Source: Alphaproteobacteria bacterium (GTDB lineage Bacteria; Pseudomonadota; Alphaproteobacteria; MPNO01). Taken from it: 64,000 nucleotides of DNA. The stretch is taken from assembly GCA_965248835.1 (NCBI GenBank), contig CBDFLJ010000001.1:1152001-1216000 (forward strand), in the 5' to 3' direction. The notes beneath the pieces are model-generated. The model did no database searches and was not told the origin of the DNA. It saw only the letters and a program-made list of their open reading frames with translations. The position numbers were made by a program, and so were the translations under genes. Each line of letters begins with the position of its first letter. The first letter of the stretch is position 1. Below, piece after piece: positions 28,248-39,039 of the stretch.

Positions 28248-30172
28248 TCGTCGCCACGGCCGGTCACGTCGACCACGGCAAGACCCTCCTGGTCAAGGCG
28301 CTGACCGGCGTCGATACCGACCGGCTGCCGGAAGAGAAGCTGCGCAGCCTGACCATCGACCTGGGCTTCGCCTACCTGCCGCTCGAGGACGGGACGGTTC
28401 TGGGCTTCATCGACGTCCCCGGCCACGAGCGGTTCGTCCGCAACATGCTGTGCGGGGTGGCCGCGATCGACTATGCGCTGTTGATCGTCGCCGCCGACGA
28501 CGGGGTGATGCCCCAGACCCGCGAGCATCTGGCGATCCTCGATCTTCTGGGCGTCACCGCCGGCGCGGTCGTGATCACCAAGACCGACCGGGTGGAGGCC
28601 GCGCGGATCGATGCGGCGATCGAGGACATCACGCTGCTGATCGACGATACCGGGCTCGCCGAGGCCGAGTTCTTCCCGGTCTCGGCGATGACCGGGGCCG
28701 GGATCGAGGCCTTGCGCGATCATCTGGGCGCCGTCGCGCAACTCACCCAGGCGCGTGCGCAGGCGGGCCACTTCCGCCTTGCCGTCGACCGCGCGTTCAC
28801 CGTCGTCGGCGCCGGGCTGGTGGTCACCGGCACGGTGTTCTCCGGATCGGCCGCGGTCGGCGAACGCCTGGTGATCTCCCCGCGCGGCACCGAGGTCAGG
28901 GTCCGCGGCATTCACGCCCAGGACCGCAAGACCGAGCGCGGCGTCGCGGGCGACCGGTGCGCGCTCAACATCGCCGGCGGCGCGATTGGCAAGGACGATG
29001 TCGGGCGCGGCGACTGGGTCTTGGCCGCCGGCGCCCACCTCCCGGCCCGGCGGATCGATGCCACCGTGCGCCTGCTGGAGGACGAGGACCGCCCGCTCGC
29101 CCACTGGTCGCCGGTGCATGTCCATCTGGCCTCGGCCGACGTCACCGGGCGGGTCGCGATCCTCGACGGTCGGTCCATCCCGCCGGGCGGATCCGGCCTG
29201 ATCCAGCTCGTCCTCGACCGGCCGATCGGTGCGCTGCACGGCGACCGGTTCGTGCTGCGCGACCAATCCGCCCGGCGGACGGTCGGCGGCGGCGCGGTGG
29301 TCGACGTGCTGCCGCCCGCCCGCGGCCGGGCGCGGCCGGGCCGGCTCGCTTATCTGGACGCGATGCGCAGCCCGGATCACCGGGCCGCGCTGCAGGCCGC
29401 GATCGGGTCCGCGGAAGGTGCGGTGTGGCTCGACAAGTTCGCCCGCGCCCGCAACCTCGAGGAACCGGCCGCCGATGCGGTGTTCGCGGCCACCGACATG
29501 ATCGCGCTGGGCGCCGGCGCGCAGCGCATCGGCCTGTCGGCGGCGCGCTGGGCCGCGCTCGGCACCTCGCTGCGCGCTGTTCTCGCGGACTGGCATGCGA
29601 ACAACCCCGACGCGGTCGGCCCCACCGAGGCCAACGTCCGCACCGCGATCAAGCCGCGGCTGCCGAGCGAGGTGCTGGCGCTTGCCATACCCCGGCTCGA
29701 GGCCGACGGCATCGTGGTGCGCGAGGGCGCGCGGCTGCGCCTGCCGGAGCACCGCCCGCGCATGACCGCCCAGGACGAGGCGCTGTGGCTGCGGCTGGCA
29801 CCCCACCTGGACGAGGCCGGCACCCGCCCGCCGCTGGTCCGCGAGCTCGCCGAGACCGCGGGGATCGAGCTGCGCCGGGTCGAGACGTTCCTGGCCCGCG
29901 CGTCCAAGCTCGGCTTGGTGGTCGGTGCGACCAGGAACCGCTTCTATTCGCCGCAGGCGCTGCGCCGGCTGGCCGAGCGCGCGGAAGACGCCGCGGCCGA
30001 GGCGCGTGACGGCATGGTCACCGCCGCCGCCTTTCGCGATCACGCCGGGATCGGCCGCAACCTCGCCATCGAGGTGCTGGAGTATTTCGACCGGGTCCGC
30101 TTCACCCGCCGCAGAGGCGATGTCCGCGAGATCCTGCGTCCCTCCGGAGAAGTCTTCGGCGCCGGCCCATAG
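28244..30172 (+). CDS. selB: Selenocysteine-specific translation elongation factor
   Basis: TAGHVDHGKT, TIDLGFAY, DVPGHE, TKTD; C-terminal winged helix FRD..GIGR..AIEVLEYFDR; ATGA coupling to selA. Confidence 0.97.
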   Translation: MIVATAGHVDHGKTLLVKALTGVDTDRLPEEKLRSLTIDLGFAYLPLEDGTVLGFIDVPGHERFVRNMLCGVAAIDYALLIVAADDGVMPQTREHLAILDLLGVTAGAVVITKTDRVEAARIDAAIEDITLLIDDTGLAEAEFFPVSAMTGAGIEALRDHLGAVAQLTQARAQAGHFRLAVDRAFTVVGAGLVVTGTVFSGSAAVGERLVISPRGTEVRVRGIHAQDRKTERGVAGDRCALNIAGGAIGKDDVGRGDWVLAAGAHLPARRIDATVRLLEDEDRPLAHWSPVHVHLASADVTGRVAILDGRSIPPGGSGLIQLVLDRPIGALHGDRFVLRDQSARRTVGGGAVVDVLPPARGRARPGRLAYLDAMRSPDHRAALQAAIGSAEGAVWLDKFARARNLEEPAADAVFAATDMIALGAGAQRIGLSAARWAALGTSLRAVLADWHANNPDAVGPTEANVRTAIKPRLPSEVLALAIPRLEADGIVVREGARLRLPEHRPRMTAQDEALWLRLAPHLDEAGTRPPLVRELAETAGIELRRVETFLARASKLGLVVGATRNRFYSPQALRRLAERAEDAAAEARDGMVTAAAFRDHAGIGRNLAIEVLEYFDRVRFTRRRGDVREILRPSGEVFGAGP

Positions 30173-30225
30173 GCCGACCCGCCGAGCCCGGGTCGCGAAC
30201 GGCCCCGTCCAGCCAGGAGCAGTCG

Positions 30226-31884
30226 ATGAAAGCGTCCGATCTTTTCGTGCGGTGCCTCGAAAACGAAGGGGTGAAACGCATCTTCGGCGTGCCCGGCGAG
30301 GAGAACGCCGACGTGATGCTGTCCTTGACCGACAGTTCGATCGAGTTCGTTCTGTGCCGCCACGAGCAGGCTGCGGCCTTCATGGCCGACGCCCATGGCA
30401 GGCTTACCGGCACGCCCGGAGTGTGCCTGGCGACGCTGGGGCCCGGCGCGACCAACCTGGCGACCGGGATCGCCGATGCCAACATGGACCGCGCGCCGGT
30501 GGTCGCCGTCATCGGCCAGGCCACAACCACCCGGCTCCACCGCGAGAGCCACCAGAACATGGACTCTATCGCCATGTACCGCCCGATCACCAAGTGGTCG
30601 CAGTCGATCGCCGGGGCCGAGGTCATGCCCGAGGTGGTCCGCAAGGCCTTCAAGATCGCCACCGCCGAGAAGCCGGGCGCCTGCGTGATCGAGCTTCCTG
30701 AGGACATCGCCGGGTGCCAAGTCGAGGCGCGGCCGATGGGGTCCTACAAGACCCGCCGCCCGGCCGCCGACCACAAGACGGTGGCCGCCGCGATCGAGGC
30801 GATCGCAGCGGCGAGGAACCCGATCATCCTCGCCGGCAACGGCGCGGTGCGCAAACGCGCCTCCGCCCAGCTTCGCCCGCTCGCGGAGAAGGCCGGGATC
30901 GGGGTGGTCAACACCTTCATGGGCAAGGGCGCGGTCGGGCTCGACGATCCGCATTGCCTGTTCACCATCGGCCTGCAGGGGCGCGATCACATCAACGCCG
31001 CGATCGATGCCGCCGACACGATCGTCGCGGTCGGCTACGACCTCGTCGAATACGAGCCGCGGCTATGGAACACGGGGATCGAGAAGACCATCGTCCATAT
31101 CGATTTCGAGCCCGCCGAGGTCGATGACAGCTATCCGGTCGCGGTCGAGATCGTCTCCGATATCGCCGATGCCTTGTGGCACATCAACCAGGGCCTGGAC
31201 GAGCGCCACGGCGGCAAGTTGCCGTTGTTCGATATCGCCGAGCGCGCGGCGCTGCGGCAGACGATCCGCGACGACCTGACCGCCGAAGTCGACGACGGGG
31301 GCTTCCCGATGAAGCCGCAACGGCTGCTGTCGGACATCCGCGCGGTGCTCGGCCGGGCCGACATCCTGTTATCGGACGTCGGAGCACACAAGATGTGGGT
31401 CGCCCGCTACTACCAGTGCTACGAGCCCAATACCTGCCTGATCTCCAACGGATTCTGCTCGATGGGCTTCGCGTTGCCTGGCGCGGTGGGCGCGAAGCTC
31501 GCCTTGCCCGAGCGCCGGGTGCTGGCGGTGTGCGGCGACGGCGGTTTCCTGATGAACCTCCAGGACCTGGAGACCGCGAAACGGCTGGGCATCAACATCG
31601 TCGTCGTCGTCTGGGTCGACGGCGGCTACGGGCTGATCAAATGGAAGCAGCAGAACGCCTTCGACGGCCGGCACTCGGACCTCGCCTTCGGCAATCCGGA
31701 CTTCGAGACCCTGGCCAGGGCCTTCGGCATCTGGGGCAGGACGATCGCCGCGCCCGGCGAATTCGTGCCGGCCCTGGAAGAAGCCTTCCGCCAGCCCGGC
31801 CCGGCCCTGGTCGCGGTCCCGGTCGACTACGCCGAGAACCGCAAGCTCACCGAGCGCCTGGGCAACCTGGTCTGCCCGATCTGA
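30226..31884 (+). CDS. Acetolactate synthase large subunit-like TPP enzyme
   Basis: FGVPGEEN, RHEQAAAFMA, LGPGATN, DVGAHKMW, GDGGFLMN; no small subunit nearby. Confidence 0.88.
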   Translation: MKASDLFVRCLENEGVKRIFGVPGEENADVMLSLTDSSIEFVLCRHEQAAAFMADAHGRLTGTPGVCLATLGPGATNLATGIADANMDRAPVVAVIGQATTTRLHRESHQNMDSIAMYRPITKWSQSIAGAEVMPEVVRKAFKIATAEKPGACVIELPEDIAGCQVEARPMGSYKTRRPAADHKTVAAAIEAIAAARNPIILAGNGAVRKRASAQLRPLAEKAGIGVVNTFMGKGAVGLDDPHCLFTIGLQGRDHINAAIDAADTIVAVGYDLVEYEPRLWNTGIEKTIVHIDFEPAEVDDSYPVAVEIVSDIADALWHINQGLDERHGGKLPLFDIAERAALRQTIRDDLTAEVDDGGFPMKPQRLLSDIRAVLGRADILLSDVGAHKMWVARYYQCYEPNTCLISNGFCSMGFALPGAVGAKLALPERRVLAVCGDGGFLMNLQDLETAKRLGINIVVVVWVDGGYGLIKWKQQNAFDGRHSDLAFGNPDFETLARAFGIWGRTIAAPGEFVPALEEAFRQPGPALVAVPVDYAENRKLTERLGNLVCPI

Positions 31885-32001
31885 GCCGGGGCGGCCCGTC
31901 GACCGCAGGGGCTTGCGCGGCCCCAGCATTCGCGCCACGTTCGTATCGGCGCCTGGATCGGCGCCGCGCCGAAAACCGGAAACCGCAGGAGGGACCACGT
32001 C

Positions 32002-32295
32002 ATGGCGAAAGGGTATTGGGTGAGCTGCTATAGAGCGATCAAGGACGCCGATGCGCTAGGCGCATACGCCAAGCTCGCGGGGCCGGCAATCACCGAAGGC
32101 GGCGGCACCTTTCTTGCCCGCGGCGGGCGGATCGAGGCGTTCGAGGCCGGCGTGAAGGAGCGCACCGTCGTGGTCGAGTTCCCGAGCTTCGAGCAGGCCC
32201 TGGCAACCCATGACGGACCCGCCTACCAGGCCGCGCTGGCAAAGCTTAAGGGTGCCGCCGAGCGCGATTTCCGGGTGATCGAAGGAATCGACTGA
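32002..32295 (+). CDS. DUF1330 domain protein
   Basis: KGYW...Y......GG.FLARGG....E....RTVVVEFPS.E.A......AYQ; SD AGGAGG. Confidence 0.85.
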   Translation: MAKGYWVSCYRAIKDADALGAYAKLAGPAITEGGGTFLARGGRIEAFEAGVKERTVVVEFPSFEQALATHDGPAYQAALAKLKGAAERDFRVIEGID

Positions 32296-32330
32296 GGCCG
32301 CCGCGCCGCCCGTTGGGAGGCATGGGCAGG

Positions 32331-32426
32331 GGAAGAGAATCGCGGCCCGGTGGCCCGCCCGGTCTTCAAAACCGGTGAGGGGCGTCAGACGTCCCTGGTG
32401 GGTTCGACTCCCACTCTTTTCCGCCA
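32331..32426 (+). tRNA. selC: tRNA-Sec (anticodon UCA)
   Basis: 8-bp acceptor stem GGAAGAGA/TCTTTTCC, anticodon arm CCGGT-CTTCAAA-ACCGG (TCA at 32366-32368), long variable arm, GGTTCGACTCC T-arm, encoded GCCA end; close to selAB. Confidence 0.96.
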
Positions 32427-32429
32427 TCG

Positions 32430-32474
32430 CCGTCCCGGTTCGCCCCTCGGCTATGCCGGAACAGGCCGGGACGG
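32430..32474. terminator. Hairpin between the convergent selC and yccA genes
   Basis: CCGTCCCGG...CCGGGACGG 9-bp stem with a large loop and no U-tract. Confidence 0.3.
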
Positions 32475-32501
32475 ACCGGTCCGATCCCGACAGAGCGTTC
32501 T

Positions 32502-33215
32502 CTAGCGGCGATCGCCCAGCAGATGCATCAGAATCACGAACAGGTTGATGAAGTCGAGATAGAGCCGCAGCGCGCCCATGATGGCGAGCTTGGAGGACGT
32601 CTCGGCATCGTGGTAGTCGGCATACTCGTTCTTGATGCGCTGGGTGTCGTAGGCGGTCAGGCCGACAAAGACGATCACGCCGATCACCGAGATCGCGAAA
32701 TGCAGCGCCGATGAGTCCATGAACATGTTAACGACCGACGCGATGATGACGCCGATCAGGCCCATCATCAGGAACGAGCCCATACCCGAGAGGTTGCGCT
32801 TGGTGGTGTAGCCCCACAAGCTCATCGCCGCGAACGTGCCGGCGGTGATGAAAAACACCCGCGCCACGCTGGCGCCTGTGAACTGGATCAGGATCGAGGC
32901 CATCGAAATGCCCATGATCCCGGCGAAGGCCCAGAACAGCGTCTGGGCGGTCGACGCCTTCATGGTCTCGATCTTGAAGCTGAGGAAGAAGACGAAGCCC
33001 AGGGGCGCCAGGATGACCAGCCAGATCAGCGGCGTCTGGGCGAGCGCCATATAGAGCCCGGAGAACGCCGTGACATAGGCGACGATGCCGGTAAGCGCGA
33101 GGCCCGAAGCCATGTAGTTGTAGACGCGCAGCATGTGCGCGCGCAGTCCGGCGTCGAAGGCCTCCTGCGTCCGGGCATCGCGCGAGACGACATTCCTGTC
33201 GGTTCCGAAAGCCAT
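32502..33215 (-). CDS. Bax inhibitor-1/YccA family membrane protein
   Basis: DAGLRAHMLRVYNYM, YGYTTKR-like WGYTTKR, LTAYDTQRIK, GALRLYLDFINLF. Confidence 0.93.
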   Translation of the reverse strand: MAFGTDRNVVSRDARTQEAFDAGLRAHMLRVYNYMASGLALTGIVAYVTAFSGLYMALAQTPLIWLVILAPLGFVFFLSFKIETMKASTAQTLFWAFAGIMGISMASILIQFTGASVARVFFITAGTFAAMSLWGYTTKRNLSGMGSFLMMGLIGVIIASVVNMFMDSSALHFAISVIGVIVFVGLTAYDTQRIKNEYADYHDAETSSKLAIMGALRLYLDFINLFVILMHLLGDRR

Positions 33216-33263
33216 CTGGTTCCTCCCGAAATCACCTGTCCGGCGGGGTGAGCGTTCGGCTAG

Positions 33264-33292
33264 AATATGTTCACGGCCGGGCCGAAATCAAG
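33264..33292 (-). promoter_or_regulatory. Putative RpoH/sigma70-like promoter for yccA
   Basis: CTTGATT-N16-CATATT on the minus strand about 50 nt upstream of the start; resembles the alphaproteobacterial heat-shock consensus. Confidence 0.35.
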
Positions 33293-33355
33293 GGTCGGGC
33301 GCCGCCCGCAAGCCCCCATCGGCCGGCGTGCGCCTTGGCAGAGCGAAGCCCCCGC

Positions 33356-35878
33356 TTACTCGTTGCGCAGCAACGGGGCCGCCTTGTGGCCGAGCGCACG
33401 CCAGGTACCGACGAACCCGAAGCCGAGCGTGAGCGCGGCCGAGACCAGCGCGGTGGTCACGACGATTTCCGGTTGAAAAACCCATTCGATATTCATCACG
33501 AAGCGGGTAGCCGCCCAAGCCGCCAACGTGCCCAGCACCGCCGCGACCGCCGCGGTCGCGAGCCCCAGGAGGCCGTATTCGATCGTGTAAACCTTCAGGA
33601 CGCGCGCCCGCGTCGCGCCCAGCACCTTGAGCACCACCGCATCGTAGACCCGGCGCCGGTGGCCGGCCGCAGCGGCGCCGGCCAGCACCAGCACGCCGGC
33701 CGCCAGCGTCATCGAGGCGGCCGCCCGCACGGCCGCGGCGATCCGCTCGAGCAGCGCCTGGACCAGGGCCAGCACCTCGGACACGCGGATCGCGGTGACG
33801 TTGGCAAACCGGTCGGTGACCGCGGTCTCGATGCCGGTGAGTGCGGCCGGCCGCGCACGCACGGTGGCAAGCTGGGTCTGGGGCGCGCCCTCCAGGACGC
33901 CGGGCGAGAACACCATGACGAAGTTGATCCGCAGCGAGCGCCAGCGCACCTCACGGATGTTGGCGATCCGGCCCGTGATCTCGCGGCCCAGCACGTTCAC
34001 GCTCAGACTGTCGCCGATGCCCAGCCCAAGCCCGTGGGCGGCGCCGGCCGACAGCGAGATCAACGGCGGGCCGGCATAGTCCGGCGGCCACCATTCTCCG
34101 TCCAGGAGCCGCGCACCGGCGACCGGCCCGGCCGACCAGGTGATGCCGCGGCTTCCGCGCAGAAGCCAGCGGGCCCCGGGGTCGATCGGCGCGCGACCGG
34201 CCGGCGTGCCGTCGATCGCGGTGATCCGGCCGCGCAGCATCGGCACCCGCATGAGATCGGCGCTGCGGTCGATGCGCCGAACGGTGTCCTCGAACGCCGC
34301 GACCTGCGCGGGCTGCAAGTCGATGAAATAGAAGTCCGGCGCCTGGGCGGGCAGGCTGCGCGCGACCTGATCGCGCAGATTGCTCTCAATCGAGGCGACG
34401 GCGATCAGCACGGTGAGTCCGAGCCCGAGCGAGAGCACCACCTTCGTGGTCGGCGCGCCGGGGCGGTGGAGGTTGGCAAGGGCCAGACGCAGCGTCGGCC
34501 CACGCACCCCGCCGATCATTGCCGCGCCCCGCTCCAGGCCGAAACCGACTAGGCGGAACAGCGCGAAAGCGGCGGCCGCACCACCGATGAACCACATCGC
34601 AAGCCAGCGGTCGTCCGCCGCCGCCAACACCAGCGCAGCCAGCGCGATCGCCGCCAGCACGGTAGCCGCGATCGCCCACGGGCGCGGCGCCACGCGGGTG
34701 CCGGCCACCAGGTCGCGGAACAGCGCCGATCCCGGCACCTGGCAGGCGCGGGCGAGCGGCCACACGGAGAAGACCAGCGCGGTCAGGATGCCGTAGGCGG
34801 CGGCCAGCCCGAGAACGTCCGGATAGACCCCGAACCGGCCGGTCACCTGGAGCGCCGAGGTAATCGCCTCTGCGGCGATCAGCGGCACCGCGATCCCGAT
34901 CGCCAGCCCGGCGGCGATGCCCACCGCCGCCATCACGGCGATCTGGAACAGATAGATGCCGAAGATCGTCCCCGACGCGGCGCCGATGCATTTCAGGGTC
35001 GCGATCGTCGCCATGCGCCCGCCGAGATAGTGGCCGACCGCGTTGCCGACGCCGACCCCTCCGATCAGGAGCGCCGTCAGGCCGATCAGGGTCATGAAGA
35101 TCTCGGCCCGCTGGACGAACCGGCCTGCCGCCGGCGATGCGTTCGTGTGGTCACGGATCCGCCAGGCGGAATCGGGGAACTGCCGGCCCAGCGCGTCGCG
35201 CCAGCCGGCGGGCGCGACGTCGGCGGGCAGACGGAGCTTGTAGTGATAGCGCACCAGGCTGCCCGGCCTGATCAGCCCGGTGGCGGGCAGGCTATCGGTC
35301 GCCACCATCACCCGTGGTCCGAGGCCGATCAGCCCGCCGCCGTCCAGCCGGTCGGGCTCGTGGACGATCACCGCGCGAACCTCGAACGTGGCATCGCCGA
35401 TCACGACCCGCGCGCCGCGCTCGATGCCCAGCCGGCGCAGCAGCCGCGCCTCGACCGCCGCGCCCCAGATCCCGCCCTTCCGGGCAAACGCCGCCCCGGC
35501 CGCCTGGTCGGGGGCAAGCGCGAGCACGCCGTAGAGCGGATAGAGGCGGTCGACGGCCTTGAGCTCGATCAGCGCGCGGGCGCTGCCGTCGACAGTGCGC
35601 GCCATCGACCGCATGGTGACCGACCGGGCGGCCACCGCGTTGTCCTCCAGCCAGCGCCGCTGTGCGGCGGAGATGTCGCGGTGGATGGTGCTGAGCGCCA
35701 CATCGCCGCCCAGCATCTTGCGGCCGTCGGCCGCGAGCCCGGCGCGGATCGCTTCGGCGGTCGAGCCGATGGCGGCAATCGCGCCGACGCCGAGCGCTAG
35801 GCAGGCGATGAAAATCTTGAACCCGCCGAGCCCGCCGCGCAGCTCGCGCAGCGCCAGCCTGAGGACGACACCGCTCAC
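33356..35878 (-). CDS. ybbP: ABC transporter permease, YbbP/FtsX-like
   Basis: LALRELRGG...[22 protein letters not shown], two FtsX repeats; adjacent to ybbA/tesA. Confidence 0.88.
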   Translation of the reverse strand: MSGVVLRLALRELRGGLGGFKIFIACLALGVGAIAAIGSTAEAIRAGLAADGRKMLGGDVALSTIHRDISAAQRRWLEDNAVAARSVTMRSMARTVDGSARALIELKAVDRLYPLYGVLALAPDQAAGAAFARKGGIWGAAVEARLLRRLGIERGARVVIGDATFEVRAVIVHEPDRLDGGGLIGLGPRVMVATDSLPATGLIRPGSLVRYHYKLRLPADVAPAGWRDALGRQFPDSAWRIRDHTNASPAAGRFVQRAEIFMTLIGLTALLIGGVGVGNAVGHYLGGRMATIATLKCIGAASGTIFGIYLFQIAVMAAVGIAAGLAIGIAVPLIAAEAITSALQVTGRFGVYPDVLGLAAAYGILTALVFSVWPLARACQVPGSALFRDLVAGTRVAPRPWAIAATVLAAIALAALVLAAADDRWLAMWFIGGAAAAFALFRLVGFGLERGAAMIGGVRGPTLRLALANLHRPGAPTTKVVLSLGLGLTVLIAVASIESNLRDQVARSLPAQAPDFYFIDLQPAQVAAFEDTVRRIDRSADLMRVPMLRGRITAIDGTPAGRAPIDPGARWLLRGSRGITWSAGPVAGARLLDGEWWPPDYAGPPLISLSAGAAHGLGLGIGDSLSVNVLGREITGRIANIREVRWRSLRINFVMVFSPGVLEGAPQTQLATVRARPAALTGIETAVTDRFANVTAIRVSEVLALVQALLERIAAAVRAAASMTLAAGVLVLAGAAAAGHRRRVYDAVVLKVLGATRARVLKVYTIEYGLLGLATAAVAAVLGTLAAWAATRFVMNIEWVFQPEIVVTTALVSAALTLGFGFVGTWRALGHKAAPLLRNE

Positions 35879-36591
35879 CCGCGCGCCTTGGCCGCGGCGC
35901 GGTCGGCGACGATCCTGCCGTCGGCGAGCACCAGCCCGCGCCCGCAGCGCGCAGCCAGCGCCGGGTTGTGGGTGACCAGCAGCAAGGTCGAGCCGGCCTG
36001 GGCGGCGAGCTCGAAGAGCAGCGCGATCACCGCCGCGCCGGTCTCGCCGTCGAGGTTGCCGGTGGGCTCGTCGGCCAGCAGCAGAGACGGACCGGTCACG
36101 AAGGCGCGCGCGATCGCCACCCGCTGCTGCTCGCCGCCGGAGAGCTGGCCGGGATAATGGCTCAGACGGTGGTCGAGCCCGACCCGGCCGAGCGCTTCGG
36201 CCGCCCGCGCAGCCGCATCACCGATCCGCGCCAGCTCGAGCGGCACCGCGACGTTCTCCAACGCCGTCATCGTCGGCACCAGGTGGAAGTTCTGGAACAC
36301 GATCCCGATCCGCTCGCGCCGCAGGCGCGCCAGCGCGTCCTCGTCGAGCCCGGCGAAGTCGGTGCCGGCGATCTCGATCCGCCCGCCGGTCTGGCGCTCG
36401 AGACCGGCAATGACCATCATCAGGCTGGTCTTGCCGGACCCGGACGGTCCGACCACACTGATCGTCTCCCCGGCCCCGATGGAAAGGTCGATGCCGCGAA
36501 GGATATGCACCGGGCCGGCCGCGCTCTCGAGCACCAGCTCCACCCCGACCAGACGGACCAGCGGTGCGGCGAGGAGGGTGCTATCGGGCAT
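35875..36591 (-). CDS. ybbA: ABC transporter ATP-binding protein, YbbA-like
   Basis: [37 protein letters not shown]. Confidence 0.9.
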   Translation of the reverse strand: MPDSTLLAAPLVRLVGVELVLESAAGPVHILRGIDLSIGAGETISVVGPSGSGKTSLMMVIAGLERQTGGRIEIAGTDFAGLDEDALARLRRERIGIVFQNFHLVPTMTALENVAVPLELARIGDAAARAAEALGRVGLDHRLSHYPGQLSGGEQQRVAIARAFVTGPSLLLADEPTGNLDGETGAAVIALLFELAAQAGSTLLLVTHNPALAARCGRGLVLADGRIVADRAAAKARG

Positions 36592-37291
36592 CGGTGGACG
36601 CGGTCTCGAAGCGGCTGGGGTCGGTGTCGGGTCCGAGCCTCGATATGGCGGTTTTCCCTGGCGGATCAATGTCCGGGCAATCGCGGTTGCGGTGGTCGTA
36701 GGAGCGCTTCTCGGCGCCGCGGCGGACGAAGCCGCGGCCGCGCGGCGCCATGTCGTGCTTGCCTTCGGCGACAGCCTGACCTCGGGCTTCGGGCTGGAGG
36801 CGGAGCGGTCGTTCCCGGCCCAGCTCGGGGCGGCGCTGGCGCAGGCCGGACACGATGTCGAGGTGATCAACGCCGGCGTTGCGGGCGACACGACCACCGG
36901 AGGCAGGGCCCGGCTCGCCTGGTCGCTGGCCCGAAGACCCGATGCGGTGATCGTCGAGCTCGGCGCCAATGACGGGTTGCGCGGCATCGATCCGGGCCTT
37001 ACCGCGGCCAATCTCGACGCGATCCTGGCTGCGCTCGCGCGCCGCGGGCTGCCGGTCCTGTTGACCGGCATGTACGCCCCACCCAACCTCGGACGCGCGT
37101 ACGGGGCCGCGTTCAACGCCATCTTTCCCAGGCTCGCGAAGAAACACGGCGTGGCCTTTTTTCCGTTCTTCCTCGATGGCGTGGCGGCGCGGCCGGCGCT
37201 GAACCAGCGCGACGGGATTCATCCAAACGCGGAGGGCGTCGCCGTTATCGTGCAGCGTATCTTGCCCTATGTTGTTAAGCTACTGCCCTGA
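36578..37291 (+). CDS. tesA: Arylesterase/acyl-CoA thioesterase I (SGNH/GDSL); start uncertain
   Basis: AFGDSLT, NAGVAGDTT, ELGANDGLRG, DGIHPN; divergent from ybbA as in the known tesA-ybbAP layout. Confidence 0.88.
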   Translation: MLSGIGGRGLEAAGVGVGSEPRYGGFPWRINVRAIAVAVVVGALLGAAADEAAAARRHVVLAFGDSLTSGFGLEAERSFPAQLGAALAQAGHDVEVINAGVAGDTTTGGRARLAWSLARRPDAVIVELGANDGLRGIDPGLTAANLDAILAALARRGLPVLLTGMYAPPNLGRAYGAAFNAIFPRLAKKHGVAFFPFFLDGVAARPALNQRDGIHPNAEGVAVIVQRILPYVVKLLP

Positions 37292-37304
37292 CCCAGAGGA
37301 TGTC

Positions 37305-38432
37305 ATGACGACCAGCGCACGGGGGTTTCGGATCGCACACGCCGGCGGCGGCCAATGGCAGGGCCTTGTCGAGTCCTGCCTGACCCAGCTCGGTCCGGTG
37401 GAGGACGCGAGGCTGGGCTTCGTCTATCTGACCGACGTGCTGGCCGCCGACGTCGAGCCGATTCTCGCGCGGCTGCAAGGCGCGACCGGGATCGGCGACT
37501 GGGTCGGCACCGTCGGCTTCGGCGTCTGCGTCGGCGGCAAGGAGTATTTCGATACCGCCGCGATCGTGGTGCTCACCTGCGCATTGCCGGCCGACAGCTA
37601 CCGCCTCCTGCCGGTGATCAAGGAGCCCGGCGAGAAGCTGCCGGCGGAACTCGCCCAATGGGTCGCCGACCGCCGGCCGATGCTGGGCATCGTCCATGGC
37701 GATCCGCGCAACCCCTATCTGCCGAACATCATCGATGCTCTGTGCGATGACACCGAATGTTTCCTGGTCGGCGGGCTGAGCGCATCGCGCGGCCGGTCCT
37801 TCCAGATCGCCGGCGAGATCGGGGAGGGCGGGCTTTCCGGCGTGCTGCTGGCCGAAGAGATCGCGGCCACCACCGGGCTCAGCCAAGGCTGCGCCCCGAT
37901 CGGCGAGATCCACGAGGTCACCGAGGCGCGCGACAACGTGGTCTACCGGCTCAACGGCCGCCCGGCGCTCGATGTCTTCAAGGAGGATATCGGCGAGGTC
38001 CTGGCGCGCAATCTCGAACGGGTCGGCGGCTATATCCACGCTGCCCTGCCGATCGCCGGGACCGACAATGCCGATTATCTCGTGCGCAACGTCATGGGGA
38101 TCGACCCGTCCAACGGCTGGCTGTCGATCGGCGACCGGATGAGCCCGGGCGACCGGCTGATGTTCGTACGCCGCGACGGGCCCTCGGCCCTGGTCGACCT
38201 CGAACGCATGCTGGGCGATGTCTCCGGCCGCGCCGGCGACACTGCCCGCGCCGGGCTCTATTTCTCCTGCGTCGCGCGCGGACCCAACCTGTTCGGGCGC
38301 AAGTCCGAGGAGCTCACCGCGGTGTCCGACAAGATCGGCCAGGACGTCCCTCTGGTCGGGTTTTTCGCCAATGGCGAGATTTCCAACAACCGGCTCTACG
38401 GCTATACGGGTGTCCTCACGCTGATCGGTTGA
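37305..38432 (+). CDS. FIST N/C domain protein
   Basis: LVGGL.., LSQGCAPIG, DYLVRN..GID, GLYFSCVARG..LFG, LVGFFANGEI...LYGYTGV. Confidence 0.88.
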   Translation: MTTSARGFRIAHAGGGQWQGLVESCLTQLGPVEDARLGFVYLTDVLAADVEPILARLQGATGIGDWVGTVGFGVCVGGKEYFDTAAIVVLTCALPADSYRLLPVIKEPGEKLPAELAQWVADRRPMLGIVHGDPRNPYLPNIIDALCDDTECFLVGGLSASRGRSFQIAGEIGEGGLSGVLLAEEIAATTGLSQGCAPIGEIHEVTEARDNVVYRLNGRPALDVFKEDIGEVLARNLERVGGYIHAALPIAGTDNADYLVRNVMGIDPSNGWLSIGDRMSPGDRLMFVRRDGPSALVDLERMLGDVSGRAGDTARAGLYFSCVARGPNLFGRKSEELTAVSDKIGQDVPLVGFFANGEISNNRLYGYTGVLTLIG

Positions 38433-38439
38433 TCGAGGG

Positions 38440-38979
38440 ATGATCCGTCTGTTCTTCGGGTTGGAGCTGCCCGAGGCGCTGCGCGCGCGCATCGGCGCGC
38501 TGGCCGGCGGGATCGACCGAGCGCGGTTCGTGGCGCCGGAATACCTGCATATCACGCTGCGCTTCATCGGCGAGGTCGACGAGCCGACCTTGCAGGACAT
38601 CGCGCTGGCCGCCGACGGGATCCGGTTCGAGCCGGTGCCGGTGACGCTTGCCGGCGCCGGGCATTTCGAGTCGCGCAACCGGGTCACAGCGGTGTGGCTC
38701 GGAGTCGAGCCGTGTGCGCCGCTGGTCGGCCTGCGTGATCGCATCGAGACCGCGCTGGTCCGATCGGGCCTGCCGCCGGAGCGCCGGAAGTTCAGGCCCC
38801 ATGTCACGGTCGCGCGGCTCAACAAGGCACGCCCGACGGAAATCCGTCATTGGCTGGCGGCGAATACGATGTTCCGTGCGGTGCCGTTCACGGCCGGCCG
38901 GTTCGTCCTGTTCTCCAGCGCGCTGGGGCGCGAGGGCCCGGTCTACACCGCCGAGTGCCGCTATCCGCGAGAGGATTAG
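38440..38979 (+). CDS. thpR: RNA 2',3'-cyclic phosphodiesterase (2H family)
   Basis: RLFFGL, HITLRFIG, F.PHVTVAR two-His motifs. Confidence 0.92.
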   Translation: MIRLFFGLELPEALRARIGALAGGIDRARFVAPEYLHITLRFIGEVDEPTLQDIALAADGIRFEPVPVTLAGAGHFESRNRVTAVWLGVEPCAPLVGLRDRIETALVRSGLPPERRKFRPHVTVARLNKARPTEIRHWLAANTMFRAVPFTAGRFVLFSSALGREGPVYTAECRYPRED

Positions 38980-39039
38980 GCGCCGGCGGACTTCGGCGGG
39001 ATCACCAAAGGAAGCGGTCCGACTTGTTCGAAACCTGTT

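Noticed and set aside
32331-32502. Genomic island integrated at selC, a common hotspot
   Set aside because: No integrase, no duplicated tRNA 3' end seen, and housekeeping-type genes follow directly.
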